Below are positions 38,612 to 52,291 of a DNA stretch of 64,000 nucleotides, in pieces. Source of the DNA: Dipteris shenzhenensis. Its lineage: Eukaryota. The notes under the pieces are model-generated. The model searched no databases, had not been told where the DNA came from, and saw nothing but the letters and a program-made list of their open reading frames with translations. The translations under genes were made by a program, and so were the position numbers. Location of the stretch: assembly GCA_047967505.1 (NCBI GenBank), contig CM106538.1; one strand, written 5' to 3'. Position 1 is the first letter of the stretch; the number at the start of each line of letters is the position of its first letter.

Positions 38612-39475
38612 CTATTGACTCCATAAAGTTTTGGCAAAGTAACGACACACTAGTACTACCGCAACAATGTGAACAGGTATTGTACACACATATAAAAATA
38701 CTCACTTTTAAATATTTGATACCTTCGATGCAATGTGTTTGAATTAGATTGTCTATCAACCAATGGTGGATAGTAATAGGTGGTGGCATGTCATACCTAT
38801 TATGCCATGTTCCAAAGTGATGTATAGTACATTTACTAATATGGAGTGTATGGAGGATGATCATGGCCATGGAGGTGATGATGACCGTGATACAAGAGAG
38901 GAGGATGATCATGAGATAGGAGATACACATATTGAGGCCATTACCCATGAGGACGAGCCTACCATTGGTGATGCTGATTTCAATGAGCACATGAGTAGCA
39001 CAAGTAGTAGTGGGCTGAATGTACTTGTAGACCTCAATACTGGTTTGGATTTTGAAGTAGATAGTTTGGCAAGGGTTGATCTCATTGAGGATGAGCTTGA
39101 ACCGTAGCCCATCATTGATATTGGCAGAACTATTTTACATATTGTCTCATTCTCCTCACCTCACTTAATTTTTGTATATGTGGGTTTGCCAAAAAGCATT
39201 GATATTTTTATTAAAATTATGTGCTTTGGTAATCATAGGGAATGTTTGGAAAGCAGTGATGTACATTTATCAGCTTGCACAAAAATCTCACTTTCTGTAT
39301 TCTCTATTTTGTGTTTATAAAGGCGTCTAAACCTGCGTCTAATTCATAGTGTAGACGCGCAAATAGATGTGCTATTAGACGCGCTTGTATTTTCACTATT
39401 CTAGTAGTGCCTATAGATGCGCCCGCTATTTCGTGCATCTATCAAGTGCGTCTATAGTTGCTTTGTCCTATTGTG
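38612..39475 (+). mobile_element. Family B fragment B4 (3' end of transposase plus terminus)
   Basis: Last exon VDSNRWWHVIP...EDELEP* and terminus TTGCTTTGTCCTATTGTG, abutting family C. Confidence 0.85.
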
Positions 39476-41825
39476 TACAAATAATTCGGCATCCCAGAAG
39501 TACCAAACAACGAGGCAGTCGAAAGTACCGAACAACCAAAAATACAACAAGAATAAGCCACACACGTATGACAAGAGGCAAGCTTGTGTGGATTAGACCA
39601 GCTTACATAATCATAGCGGGAATGACATAACAACCTCTTCACATCCAAAAGTACCAAACAATAGGGAAGACGAGCATCCGAGATTACAAAGAACATCTAG
39701 AAGTAACCAAGAAAATGGGCATCCCAGAACGATGATCACGTCCAAACAAGTACTCAACAGTAACGCATATGTGCCACGTCCAAATGAGTACTTGATAAAT
39801 AATCCACATGTGCCATGTCCAAACGAGTACTTAAGAAGTAATCTATATGTGTTCATCTGAAAGGCGTTGAACCTTGCCACGTGCAAATGAGGTCGCAATA
39901 TGACCATGTCCAAATGAGTACTTAATAAGTTATCCATATGTGTCCATCGTGAAAGCCAGATAAATATGTGTCACATCCAAACAAGGACTTAGTAATAATC
40001 CATGTACCATGTCCGGATGAGTAAATATGTGTCACATCCAAAACAAGGACTTAGTAATAATCCATGTACCATGTCCAGATGAGTAAATATGTGTCACATC
40101 CAAAACGAGGAGTTAGTAATAATCCATGTACCACATCCAGATGAGTACTCATGTAGTTAGCCATATGCCACGTCCAAATGAGTACTCAAGCAATTAGCCA
40201 TATGAGCTCACAAGTATTGTCACCTGAAAGATGTTAAACCTTGCCATGTTCAAACCAGTATGCAATAAGTAATCCATAGATGCCACAGCCAAAGGAGTAC
40301 TCAATAAGTCAGCCACAGGTGTTCCTCGTGAAAGACATATAAGTATACCTCACCACATAAAGGGCGAAATAAAAGTATGCCTTGCTTGAACCAGTAAGTA
40401 AATACATACCATAAGTCATCAATAAATCAATGACAAAGAAGGAACAAATCGTTGGTCTAGCAAGACCTTGCATGCACTTGTAAATATAGATGAATATGAA
40501 AAACAAAGTAGATGTACTCATCTTGTAGGTATCGAATGTGCATTTAGTTTGTTGGATTGTAGCTAGGCATCTGTGCAAACCTGCATGTACTTGGAGAAAC
40601 AACTAAGTGTGATGAATGAGAACATATGAGCTCACCTTGGAAATAAACGAGTGCCTTGAAAATGACAAGAAAGGATGTGAGAAGCACCTTCGCATATGTG
40701 AAGTAACATATCCAAGGAGTAATGATATCAAAGCTAAATAGAAAAGAAACATTGAAATAAAACATGTTAGAATGTTAACAACGTCAAGTCCTTTTCGTTC
40801 GTAGGATGGGCCAACCTATGAAAGTGAAGCTAGTGTTGAATACATGACAACCAAGTCAAGCAAGATGTTAGCTTATAAGAGAGACATGCTATAGATAATG
40901 TCAAGCATACTGGAAAATGATTAGATAGTAAATGATAAGATAATAAAAAAATCTAGCCTTCAAAACAATACAAAATATTTTGGAAGCTCCTTTGAATCAA
41001 TCAGCTCATGTTGAAAGTAAAGCTTGATATAGAATATTTGGCAAGTCTCTTTAACCAAGATTTATGGAAACTTGAAGCTGTAGCTAAACTTGCTAGCAAA
41101 ACATAATAATTTATGTATTATCATTGTGAATAAAGCACCAAGCATATGAATGTAGTGGATCAGAAATAACATAACCTTTCAACATTAACAACAAGAACAA
41201 AGCATTGTACTGAACTACAATGATATTATGGTTCCCAATCATGGACAACATTAAAGAAAGTTGGTTTATCTCTATACCAATAGGCAAAGAAAAGCTCCAA
41301 CACATAGATGTATGTCATAGTGATTGCTGAAAAAAAATCAAGTTTTGTGAGGCACCTGAGTATAGATATTGACAGAGCTCTTTGGTTGAAGGACATTCTA
41401 TGAATGTTGAGTATCAAAGCACTTACACAAAGACTCAGCAATCGATGAACTAAATAAGAAACTGGTCAGTAAAGGATGCACAAAATAAAAACTAGCTTAA
41501 TATATGTGAAACATCATTGGCTTTTACTTTTGCAAAAGCAGTATGAAACCACAAGTGCTAAAGCGCTATAATCTTGTTTTCACTGATGATCTAATAGAAA
41601 TAAAAAATTGTGTTTATATGATAGATAACCTTTTATCCAAGTGATTTTCTCAATTAACTTTCTGGTTTGTTGAACGTATATAATTATCACTACAAAAGCA
41701 GGTAGATTGGGCTACCTTACTCTTAACGACAAGATTGAGACTCTACTTGGTATCGATTAGATAAGATCTTGATCGTTAAAGATTGACTACGCTTACAACA
41801 ACGATCCTGTGCTCTTGGTTTTTAT

Positions 41826-42073
41826 CTCGGGGGGGTCACTCATCATATGTAACCCTATCACGTGAGTTCAACAAAAGGATATTTTTTATTTCCAAAATTT
41901 ACAGAAATAAATATACATAAGGGACTATATAAAATAGTTTTGAAAAAAATTTACAGATTTGTATAGAAAAGGGGTACATTTTATTAATGAAAAATTTACA
42001 CAGATAAGGGATTTTAGAAATATGCCTTGAACGCACGTGGTATAGAGGGTTTATATATAGTGACCCCCCCGAG
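41826..42073. mobile_element. Second MITE copy (248 bp), reverse orientation, 8-bp TSD
   Basis: CTCGGGGGGGTCACT ... AGTGACCCCCCCGAG; GTTTTTAT at 41818-41825 and 42074-42081. The empty site is at ~30303-30320. Confidence 0.95.
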
Positions 42074-42767
42074 GTTTTTATGGATATAATCGATGGGTGT
42101 TGGGTCTCCTCTTCATCTAAATTTTTATGGAGTCCTATAGCTAAAGAAGTTTGCTTTATGTGATTGAGCATCTTATTTCTTCATGTGGGAATGTAAAAGC
42201 ATGATATGTCAGTGTGTTAAATCCAAGGGAACATGAATACTAAGTGCAAGATGGTGTGATGAACTGGTGGAGACTGAAAGCAGGAGGGCGACACCATATC
42301 AGGAAGTTTCTTATCATTAAGTGTATTTTTTCATTGCTTTTTCTTTTGCTTCAAACATTGTTGATACTATGAAAGTATGAACCTTTTCCATCCTCATGTC
42401 CTAGATCAATTCTTCTCTGTAATGAGCATTCATCTTCTTGTCCAAACACTCTTCTACCAGTTTATTGATAGCAAATAGCAAAAAGAAATAACCATAACTT
42501 TCTTACCTGAAATCAGAATATAGTGATCAAACCAGTCAAAATAACTGGCGCATATGCTTCAAACAAGACAACATGGGCCGTTTTCATCAATCATGACCAT
42601 AACACTGATTTGCAATTCATCTTTGATAACTTTTGCATATCAACTCAAAACATACAATCAAGTAGTCGAAATGATCAGAAAGAACGTTTTGTGAATGATT
42701 GTGTTGCCAAATTGACAAAAAAACATATCGCTTTCTCCTCACAGTCACGCTAGAGCATAGGCAGCAG

Positions 42768-42779
42768 GCTCTGATACCA
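42768..42779 (-). promoter_or_regulatory. Primer-binding site complementary to tRNA-iMet
   Basis: GCTCTGATACCA on + equals TGGTATCAGAGC on -, directly after the CA end of the LTR. Confidence 0.9.
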
Positions 42780-42955
42780 TGCTCACGAGAAGAGAAAGAG
42801 GAGAGAGACGAACACAAGAGTTGTGCTGAGAGGAAGAGAAAGAGGAGAGAGACCAACACAAGAGTTGTCTAAGAAAGTGATTCTATTCATAGATCATAGG
42901 CATATATATAGTTGAGGACTAGGCTGAGTTAGGGAAGCTATATATAGCTCTAACA
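42780..42955 (-). repeat. Short (176-bp) 5' LTR
   Basis: TG...CA ends, TATATATA boxes, an internal duplication of ACAACTCTTGTGTT...CTCTCTCCTCTTTCTCTT and an adjacent PBS. It interrupts the Sola-like ORF at 42955/42956. Confidence 0.75.
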
Positions 42956-44520
42956 TATGTCTCCTTGATTCCTTCAATGGTAGGCATTGGAACATATGCA
43001 TCTTCTAGCACACTGCAAATTTGCAGAACATCAAAGGAACTTTTCTTTGCAAGTTTGACGGAGAATCTAATAAACATCTGATCAATCTGATCATGTGTGT
43101 GTCCCACTAGCAAGAACCTAATTTTATTTTTTTGAAACTCCCTCCGTGCACTTGCATGTTTAAGTATGCAAGTAGAACTTGATTTTTATTCTCTCTAGTT
43201 GTATTTTCAAGCTGCAAGTAAAGAATAGGTGGTAATTGACCAGGCCATCCACCAATGATCTTTTGAAGTATTGCAACTGTCAATTTTGGATCATTATGAA
43301 TGTTTGGAAAATTGATGAACAATCTTGATGACAAGACACCGTTGAACACCGACGCTCCAACAACATGCCATTGGATGAAGATTTCCTCCTTCATGTTTTG
43401 TGGAGTGTGCATATGAAGTAAGGGTGCATTGTTTCTTAAATCCATACCATCAATAACGAAGCCCAATTACTTTTATTTCTTCTCCAAACATTTTTTCCTA
43501 TGCTTTGCCAACTTTTTCCTTTATGTGCTTTGTTGTTTTCTATTATTTTTTTTGCAAAAAAAAGATTTTTTAATTTGCTCTGCAATGTATGAGAAAAATG
43601 CAAAAAAGATGAGAACAACTTCTTAATTTCAATTATGTACCCTTTAAAAATAATTTAAAAATCTTAAGAAAAGCTAATGTACTCCCCCTTGTCTTCTTTG
43701 GTCTTTGCAGTGTCTCTTTTACTCTCAATTCTGCACAAATTTGACAAACACCCATCCTGTTCTTCTTAGGAATTTTCACATGAGAGAAATATTGCCTCCA
43801 GACTCCCATAAATGAGGGAAGGGAGAGAGAGTCTTGCATCTCTCCTTGAATGTATCTACATAAATATTGTAGACTTCCATCTTTGTGAAACAATCTGGCA
43901 AATGATTGAATGTAGAAGTTGGGAGGCCTTCCCCATTGACCAAGACAAAACTTTGAAGCCATTGTCTCGACAATGAAAGTTGTGGTGTTTCTTGAGAACC
44001 ATAAGTTGGATGAAACTCCTCAAGTCCTTCGCTTGAAATTATTTTCCCCATTCTTAAAATTCCAAGGGAAAACACCTTCATGAAGATTTCTCTGCAAACC
44101 TTCATATCGCTAATAAAGTACTAGGATGCCAAGGAGGAGGAGGCTCTCACTGAAGTTCTCAAGAAGAAATTGTGTTATCATCTTTTGAACTCAAACAATT
44201 AATAATGCCTTTCTTGCTTGATTTTTTTAAATCCTAGTGACCTCAAGCATTTCTTTCTACAACAACTACAAAATGCTCTACTTGCATCATGAATGGAAAT
44301 TTTTGAAAGCATCCATTCCTTCCTTGCACCTCTTAAAGTTCTTTGGTTAGAATTGCCAGTGTCAATTCTCAATGTGCATGTTGATTTCCCAAATGGAAGT
44401 CTCTTTGAGGAGGGGGTGTGGTCAATTGCTTCAATATCATTGCTACAAGTGGAAGTTTGTGAAGGAGATGGACAAAAAGGGAGGACTTGCTAGGACTGCT
44501 TCTGAGCTCCATGTTACCAC
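42956..44520 (-). pseudogene. Sola/DUF7869-like DDD transposase remnant
   Basis: Ordered motifs CSCCRKKCL, VCREIFMKVF, SFMGVWRQYFSHVKIPKKNRMGVCQIC, IDGMD, LYLQLENTTRENKN, LVGHTHDQIDQMF; several frameshifts. The non-coding 5' part of the element probably extends to ~45010. Confidence 0.7.
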
Positions 44521-45010
44521 TCTATCACAAAACACAAATGAAATATTGCACCTTGTAAACTTAGGCTTTAGAGACATGGAAAGAGTTTGTGGAACCTTTT
44601 TTATGGAATTTAATTATTTAAAATTAAAAAATATACAAATTTTCTAAAAATAGAGAGAGAGTACTTAAAAAGGATGTGGAGGGCCTTATTTCTCAATTGC
44701 AAGAGTTGGAATTGGAGCTCAAGAGCACTATAGAGGCTTGCACACATTTTTGCACAACTTTTAAGAAAAGGTTGGTCTTGTACTTGTCTTGTTTAGACTA
44801 CATTCTAAAAATATAGTTTTCTAGAGAACATTACTTAATTTGTGGTTAATGTTTTGGGGTTCCACAAAGGTTTTTTTTTAAAGAGTTCATACGTTTGAAA
44901 AAGATAAGGGACAAATTTTGCTAGTGTGAGGTATAGAGTTAGTTATGAGGAGATATTATTGTCTGTAAAATTTGGGTTGATTGCTTATAATTATTGAAAC
45001 ATAATTATAC

Positions 45011-47635
45011 GTAAAAAGATCATCCTGCTCCATGCTATCATCCCTCCCTTAATGGACATATAAATCCTGCACCATATCATCAAACACCTCCTCCTCCACG
45101 GCTTCATGAGGTAATGGCAGAGGGATACTATCACCATCACTCCATGCATCCGTAATGATCCCTCCTGAAGATCCCACCTCATATCACCGACGCTTCGCCT
45201 CCTCACAGCGAGCATAGGGCAACATATGCGGGTGTGGCACTGCATCCTATATCAAATTAAAATGGGATCATAACTCAAACATATGAACACCCATACCTTA
45301 ACTCTTTAACACTTACCATGTTTATGGTTGCATCCCATTCTCCATACTTTGAGATGTGATTGAGTGTAATCCTGCATGCACGATACATGTTTCCTCGACA
45401 TCGATCACACATACATTTGATTTTTTGCTCCAACCACATTTTGCGATGGTGGATACGGAGGGATTCATCCTCACTGGAGCTACTTGTTGAAGATGAAGAC
45501 ATCCTACAAACAAACAACCCCAAAAAATTTGCTCTTCTTCAAATGTTTCCCCTCAAACTCTCTGGCGCATCTAAAGGCACGTCTAAAAGAGCGTCTGTTT
45601 GTTCTGTGATGCACGTCTAAAACCGTGTTTAAAATCGTGTTTAAAATCGCATCTAAAACCGCATCTAAAATCGCGTCGTCTACCCTATGTATAGAGACGT
45701 GCCTATAGATGTGCTATTAGATGTGCCTATAGATGCAGCTTTTAAACCTGCTTTTAGCGCGCTCGCTTTGCTTTTCTTCACACTACTTATACTTCGCACG
45801 GCTTGCTTGTTTCGTTATTAGTTGATCCACAGTTTCGACGCTTAAGAGGAAGGCACCTACACTTGCTTCCAAGCTTACACTCAAGAGGAAGGCACCCACA
45901 CTTACTTCCAAGCTTAAAGGAGAGGAGGGCGAACAAGGAGGAGAAGCTGCAACTTTGAAAAAGGAGAAGAACCTTCCATACCTCTATTCAAGGTAAGTCT
46001 TTTTGCAGTTGATCTTTTTTGGAAGTTTGCTCTCTTTGGATTTGTACTTTCTCCTATCCAAAAAATGCATGATATGGGTATCAATGTCACGTTTGTGTGT
46101 CGAGCACAATGTCCTTTTCTACTTTTTAGAAAAGTCCATCTGTCGAAGCGCGTCTATAGGTGCGTCTCGGAGCGCATCTAAAATCGCATCTACAGGTGCG
46201 TCTAAATGCGCGTCTAGGCTGTTTGCAGACACAGACAGCCGCATCTATAGACGCACTATTATACGTGAAAATAGACGCGCTAATTAGACGCGTCTATAGA
46301 CACGCTCCGATAGTATCCCGATTCTCTCTTCCCTTCCCCTTTCTTCATAGCTCATCAGTAATAGATTTTTTTTCTTTTTTCCAGTTCAACATGTGGCCAG
46401 GAAGCGCTTCCAGCTCACCTGATCCCCAGTATTCTATTTGGAAGGACTTATATAACCTTTTAGGGCACCCTCCTAGTCCTGCGGAGTTATATGGGTACAT
46501 GACGGGTACTCTAAAACTCCCCAGGAGTCGGCACTACAGACTCTAAACCACCCCACACCAGCTGAGATCACCCCAGCGGAGTCAGCACAGCCGTCTTATG
46601 CCCCTTCCCCTGCACATTTTGAAGTAGGGGGTGTTGAATCATGGGAGGCCCAATTTGTAAGTATCGATCTCAAATTATATTGCTTATGTAGTTTATTAGG
46701 AGGTTGTTTCTTTGTACTAATCCCTCCGCAAATTGTGTCGTCTTGCAGCTTGAGATCGTGGGCATATACCCTACTCCTGTGGAGACAGCCTACCACCGTC
46801 ACCATCGCAGAGGAGATACATGGAGGCACTTCTATGATGATGGGTTGATTACTGAGGAGCAGTATACCCGAGCTATTGGAGCGGCCCCCGAGGTATTTGA
46901 AAGTAACTAAATAATGCCAAAATTATAAGTAAAGATTTGATTTTTCATACATTGATATATGTTGTCCCTTGTTTATAGGCCCGTGCACAAGACGACAAGG
47001 AAGACAAGGAAGGAGGCATAGAAGGCAGCGTAGAAGGGAGCGTGGAAGGGAGCGAGGACATGGAGAACATATATTAATCGTAGAAGTAGTGCTAGCTACT
47101 CTTTTTTGTACTTAAAGCCACTGGCTTGGCTTCGTGCCTCTTGTATAAACACTCCTCCTATTTTTTGTACTTGAAGCCACATGACGTGGCTTAGCTTCCT
47201 TATTTTTTGTACTTGAAGCCACATGACGTGGCTTAGCTTCGTGCTATATGTATATACAAGCACTTTTTGAGCTTTCAATTTTATTTCATTTTGGAGTTGT
47301 AATGTTTTATTTGGAATTGTAATTAAAATGCATTCTGTAAATTTAAAAAAATATATAATAAAGCGCGTCTATCAGTGCGTCTATAAACACATCTATATAT
47401 GCGTCTGTCTATTCGACAAGCATCTATTTTTGTGTCTATAAACGCGTTTATAAGAGCGTCTATTTAAGCATCTAAATGTGTGTCTATACGTGTGTGTATC
47501 TACTATATAGATGCACTGGTAGATGCGGGTCTCCAGACACAAAAATAGACGCACAAATAGACACACCCGTAAGTTTTTTATTTAGTTCAGTAAACGTGCC
47601 TGTGTGCACGTCTATGGGTGCTTTGTCTTGTTGTG
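45011..47635. mobile_element. Family B fragment B5 (transposase 5' exons, internally deleted TnpA-like gene, terminus)
   Basis: Collinear with B2 16289-19660, with a large deletion at ~46610; ends TGCTTTGTCTTGTTGTG. Confidence 0.9.
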
Positions 47636-47655
47636 CCAATGCATGGAGCATCATC

Positions 47656-49905
47656 TGTAAGAAAGTCATAGCAACACAATAGTAAGGCCCATAAAGTTCT
47701 TGTAAATCAAGAACCAATAATCCAAAAAGACAACAACCATTCGAGCATCCTGAAGTATCGGATTTGATATGTCCATAAAGCCAGGGCTGAAATGTTGCTT
47801 GCATAGTGTAAGAAAGCCATAGCAACACAATAGAAAGGCCCATAATGATCCTACAAATCAAGAACCAATAATCTAGAAACACAACGAGCATTCGAACATA
47901 CAAAAGTACCGAACAATTGAGCATCCCAGAAGTACCAAACAATTGGGCAACCGGAAGTACCAAGCAACCGAAAATATGAACAATTGGGCATCCCAGAAGT
48001 ACCGAACAACTGGGTAGCTGGAAGTACCGAATAACCAAAAATACAACAAGAATAAGCCATGCATGTATGATAAGAGACAAGCTTGTGTGGATTAGACACA
48101 GCTTACATAATCATAGCGAGAATGAAAAAGTTACATAATCATAGCAGGAATGAAAAAGTACCGAACAACTAGGCAGCCGGAAGTACCGAACAACCGAAAA
48201 TACGAACAATTGGACATCCCAGAAGTACCAAACAATTGGGTAGCTGGAAGTATCAAACAACCAAAAATACAACGAGAATAAGCCACGCACGTATGACAAG
48301 AGGCAAGCTTTTGTGGATTAGACACACCTTACATATTCATAGCGGGAATGAAATAACAACCTCTTCACTTCTTCGAAAGTACCGAACAACCGAGAAGAGA
48401 GCATCCGAGATTACAAAGAACATCCAAAAGTAGCCAAGAAAATGGGCATTCGGGTATGGTGATATCGTCCAAACAAGTACTCAACAGTAATGCATATGTG
48501 CCACATCCAAACGAGTACTCAAGATGTGATCCATACGTGTTCATCTGAAAGATGTTGAGCCTTATCATGTGCAAATGATTACGCAATATGACCATGTCCA
48601 AGTGAGTACTCAATAAGTAATCCATATATGTCCATAGTGAAATCCAGATAAATATGTGTCACATCCAAACAAGGACTTAGTAATAATCCATGTACCACGT
48701 CTAGATGAGTAAATATGTGTACTCACATCCAAACGAGGAGTCAGTAATAACCCATCTACCATGTCTAGATGAGTACTCAAGTAGTTAGCCATATGACACG
48801 TCCAAATGAGTACTCAAGCAATTAGCCATATGTGTTCATAAATATTGTCAGTTACAAGACGTTGAACCTTGCCAAGTTCAACGAGTATGCAATAAGTAAT
48901 CCATAGATGCCACAGCCAAACGAGTACTCAATAAGTCAACCATAGATGTTCATCGCGAAAGACATATAAGTATACCTCACCACATAAAGGGCGAAATAAA
49001 AGTATGCCTTGCTTGAACCAAATAAGTAAATACATACCAGAAGTCATCAATAATTAATGGACAAAGAGGGAACAAATCATTGGTCTAGCAGGACCTTGCA
49101 TGCACTTGTAAATATAGATGAGTATGAAAAACAAAGTAGATGTACTCATCCTGTAGGTGAAATAAAAGTATGCCTTGCTTGAACCAATAAGTAAATAGAT
49201 ACCATAAGTCATCAGTAAGTTAATAGACAAAGAAGGAACAAATCGTTGATCTAGCAAGACCATGCATGTAGTTGTAAATATAGATGAGTATGAAAAACAA
49301 AGTAGATGTACTCATCCTGTAGGTATCGAATGTGCATTTAGTCCGTTGGATTGTATCTAGTAGGCATCTGTGCAAACCTGCATGTACTCGAAGAAACAAC
49401 TGAGTATGATGAAAGAGAATATATGAGCTCACCTTGGAAATAAACGAGTGCCTTGAAAACGACAAGAAAACATGTGAGAAGCACTTTTGCATATGTGAAG
49501 TAACGTATCCAAGGAGTAATGATATCAAAGTTAAATAGAAAAGAAACAGTGAAAGAAAACATGTTGGAATGTGAACAACGTAAAACATTCGACAAGTCCT
49601 TTTCTTTCATAGGATGGACCAACTTATGAAAGTTAAGCTATTGTTGAATACATGACAAGAAAGTCAAGCAAGATGTTAGCTTATAAGAGAGAAAGAAACA
49701 TTAGATCGACATTTTCTTTTGCATATCAAGCACACCTACATGATATTTAGCATACTCTAGATCAAATACAATGGATGGCCTATAGGCATGCTTGATTAAC
49801 AACAAAGATGAAAGAGAACCTGCTTTCAAAATCATAAGATAATCGAAAGTAACTCTCACCTTCAAAATAACATAAAACATTTAGGAAATCAAAAGTAAAT
49901 GATAT
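47656..49905. repeat. Family C copy C3 with local duplications
   Basis: Same arrays and unique blocks as C1/C2; duplicated blocks at ~48170-48350 and ~49157-49320. Confidence 0.85.
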
Positions 49906-50085
49906 TCAAACCTTGGAAACAATAGGACAATAGAGCCAAGGAGGTCATCATAGATGCCATCAAGAGACAAATGCCATGCTTACATGCATGGGGGAGATCC
50001 TAAAGTCTCGTAGATATGACTTAAGGCTGGCTATTAAGGCCTTCAATGAATTTGGATCCATAAAAATCTATGGTTGGTAGGCCTT

Positions 50086-52291
50086 CACAACAACACAACG
50101 CACCTAGAGGCGCGCACACAGATGCATTTCCTTAATTGAAAAAAAACTTACGAGTGTGTCTATTTGTGTGCCTATATGTGAACCACGTCTATCAATGCGT
50201 CTATATAACACACAGACGTGCCTATAGACGTAGCTATAGATGTGCTTTTAGATGCTCTGTAAAAATTTTAAAAAAACAGAAAGACGCATACATAGACACA
50301 CTTAGACACTCTACAGAATCTTTTTTTTTAATAAAAGCAGAAATTTGTGTGGTTGAACAGAATGCTGTGTATGTTGTGTATGCTATGTGGTTACAAGAAT
50401 CCCATTTCCACATTATGCAATTCAATTCTTACAGCCAACGGCATTTTAATTAGCACGATTCCAAGCATGTCTATAGTCTCGATGATTACAATTCCAAATA
50501 AAACATTACAACTCCAAAACATTTAGTTCACAAGGCATTCATTGATAGAACGTTGCACAAGGAAATTGAAAGCCAAAAAAATAAAAGGAGTGTTTATTAA
50601 TTCATAGCCCAAAAAGTGCTTGTATGTACATATAGCACGAAGCCAAGCCACATTCTGTGGCTTCAAGTACAAAAAATAAGAGGAGTGTATATACAAGAGG
50701 CACGAAGCCAAGCCAATGGCTTCAAGTACAAAAAAGAGTAGCTAGCACTACTTCTATGACTAATCTAAGTTCTCCGCATCCTCGCTCCCTTCTTCCTCGT
50801 CTTCTTCCTCCTGATCAGTCCTAGGGCCCTGTAAATGAGGGACAACATGTATCAATGTATGAAAAATCAAATCCTTATTTATAATATTTACATTATTTAA
50901 TTACTTTTAAATATCTGGGGGGGTGCTCTAGTAGCCCGAATATACTACTCCTAAGGTAATCAACCCATCATCATAGGAGTGCCTCCATGTATCTCCTCTA
51001 CGATGGTGCTGGTGGTAGGTTATCTCGACAGGAGTAGGGTACCTGCCCATGATATCAAGCTGCAAGATGACACAATTTGCAGAGGGGTTAGTACAAAGAA
51101 ACAACCTCCTAATAAACCACATAAACACAATATAATTTGAGATCGATACTTACAAATTGGGCCTCCCATGATTCAACACCCCCTTCTCCAAAATGCACGT
51201 TTCCAATATATTTGTCCATTTGGATCCTTCGTGCCTCCACATGCTGCAGACTGGGGTCTGCCTTCGCTGCCTTCATTGCTTTCTTCCACTCATGCTTGTG
51301 AGTGGTGTGGGGCTGGCCCCTTGGTGGTTGACCTCCCTCTCTCTTGGCAATCTAGGCTAGTGCTTGTATCTTAAGCGAAGATCTTTTATTGGCAAGTATC
51401 CTAACAATCTTTGACTTTGCACATTTACTTGTGAACTGAACATTGGTGGGACTAGGATACCTAGAGCACTATGCACTTAAGGATTCCACCTCATCCTATG
51501 ACTCACACACTCTATGTCCATATGCATAATGTCTATACACCAACGTAGCACTTCCAAAACAATTGCAAGGCCTGTGTTGCTCTCCTAGAGCTTATGTGGA
51601 CCTCATACGTATGCCCCACAATCACGCCTCCTTGCTACTTCTCTAGCCAGCCCTTATAAGGTAGTGCTTGCTCAAGATCCTTGACATCCTTGCTGCTATG
51701 AAGGCAGCCCAAACTGAGGCACAATTCTCCTCCTGACACCGTCTTCCTTTGCTGTTGTGTAGGCAGCACTTGAAGAAGAACTCTAAGAACTATCCTTGCT
51801 GCCAATAGTCACTTACCTCGCTACACCAATAGGACCTGGTTCGCTCCTTGAAGCAGGCTGATCTGCACAAGGTTTGAACTCCCTGGAATAGTCACAATGC
51901 CCTAGACAAGGGGGCTTCCCATAGGGGGATGGAAGCCCCAAAGATTGACCAACTAGGTCAGTGAGCCAACCGACCCAGTTAGCCAACCAAACAACTAGCC
52001 AACCGATTGGTCCCACTAGCTAACCCAATGAAAGATTCAAATCTGTACTTCCCCACTGAATGCTGTCCAATTTTCTACTGTTGCATGTAGGCCATTCTAT
52101 GGGCTATCCATAGGTGCCACTCAATCCTTGGTATGTGCCTTGTAGGCCTAGTTATAGGCAGTTAGCACACTTGGTTACAGAGCGCATGAAGGCCATGATG
52201 TCCTTCCCCGTGCATCCATCAAGATGCCTCCTGTCTGAGTGATGTCATAGAAGATCGTACCATCACCCTGTGGCATATCTACATCATATGA
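50086..52291 (-). mobile_element. Family B-related copy B6 (terminus plus 3' part of TnpA-like gene), with a foreign insert at ~51468-52174
   Basis: Starts CACAACAACACAACGCACC; minus-strand TnpA-like exons; GDGTIFYDITQTGGILMDARG at 52200-52270. Confidence 0.8.

Larger units (their letters stand above)
39476..42955 (-). mobile_element. Family C copy C2: non-coding LTR-type element (5' LTR, PBS and internal tandem arrays)
   Basis: On the minus strand TGTTAGAG...GTGAGCA (42955-42780) is immediately followed by TGGTATCAGAGC, then about 200 bp of unique sequence and family C sequence. No gag/pol recognised and no second LTR in the window. Confidence 0.65.
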
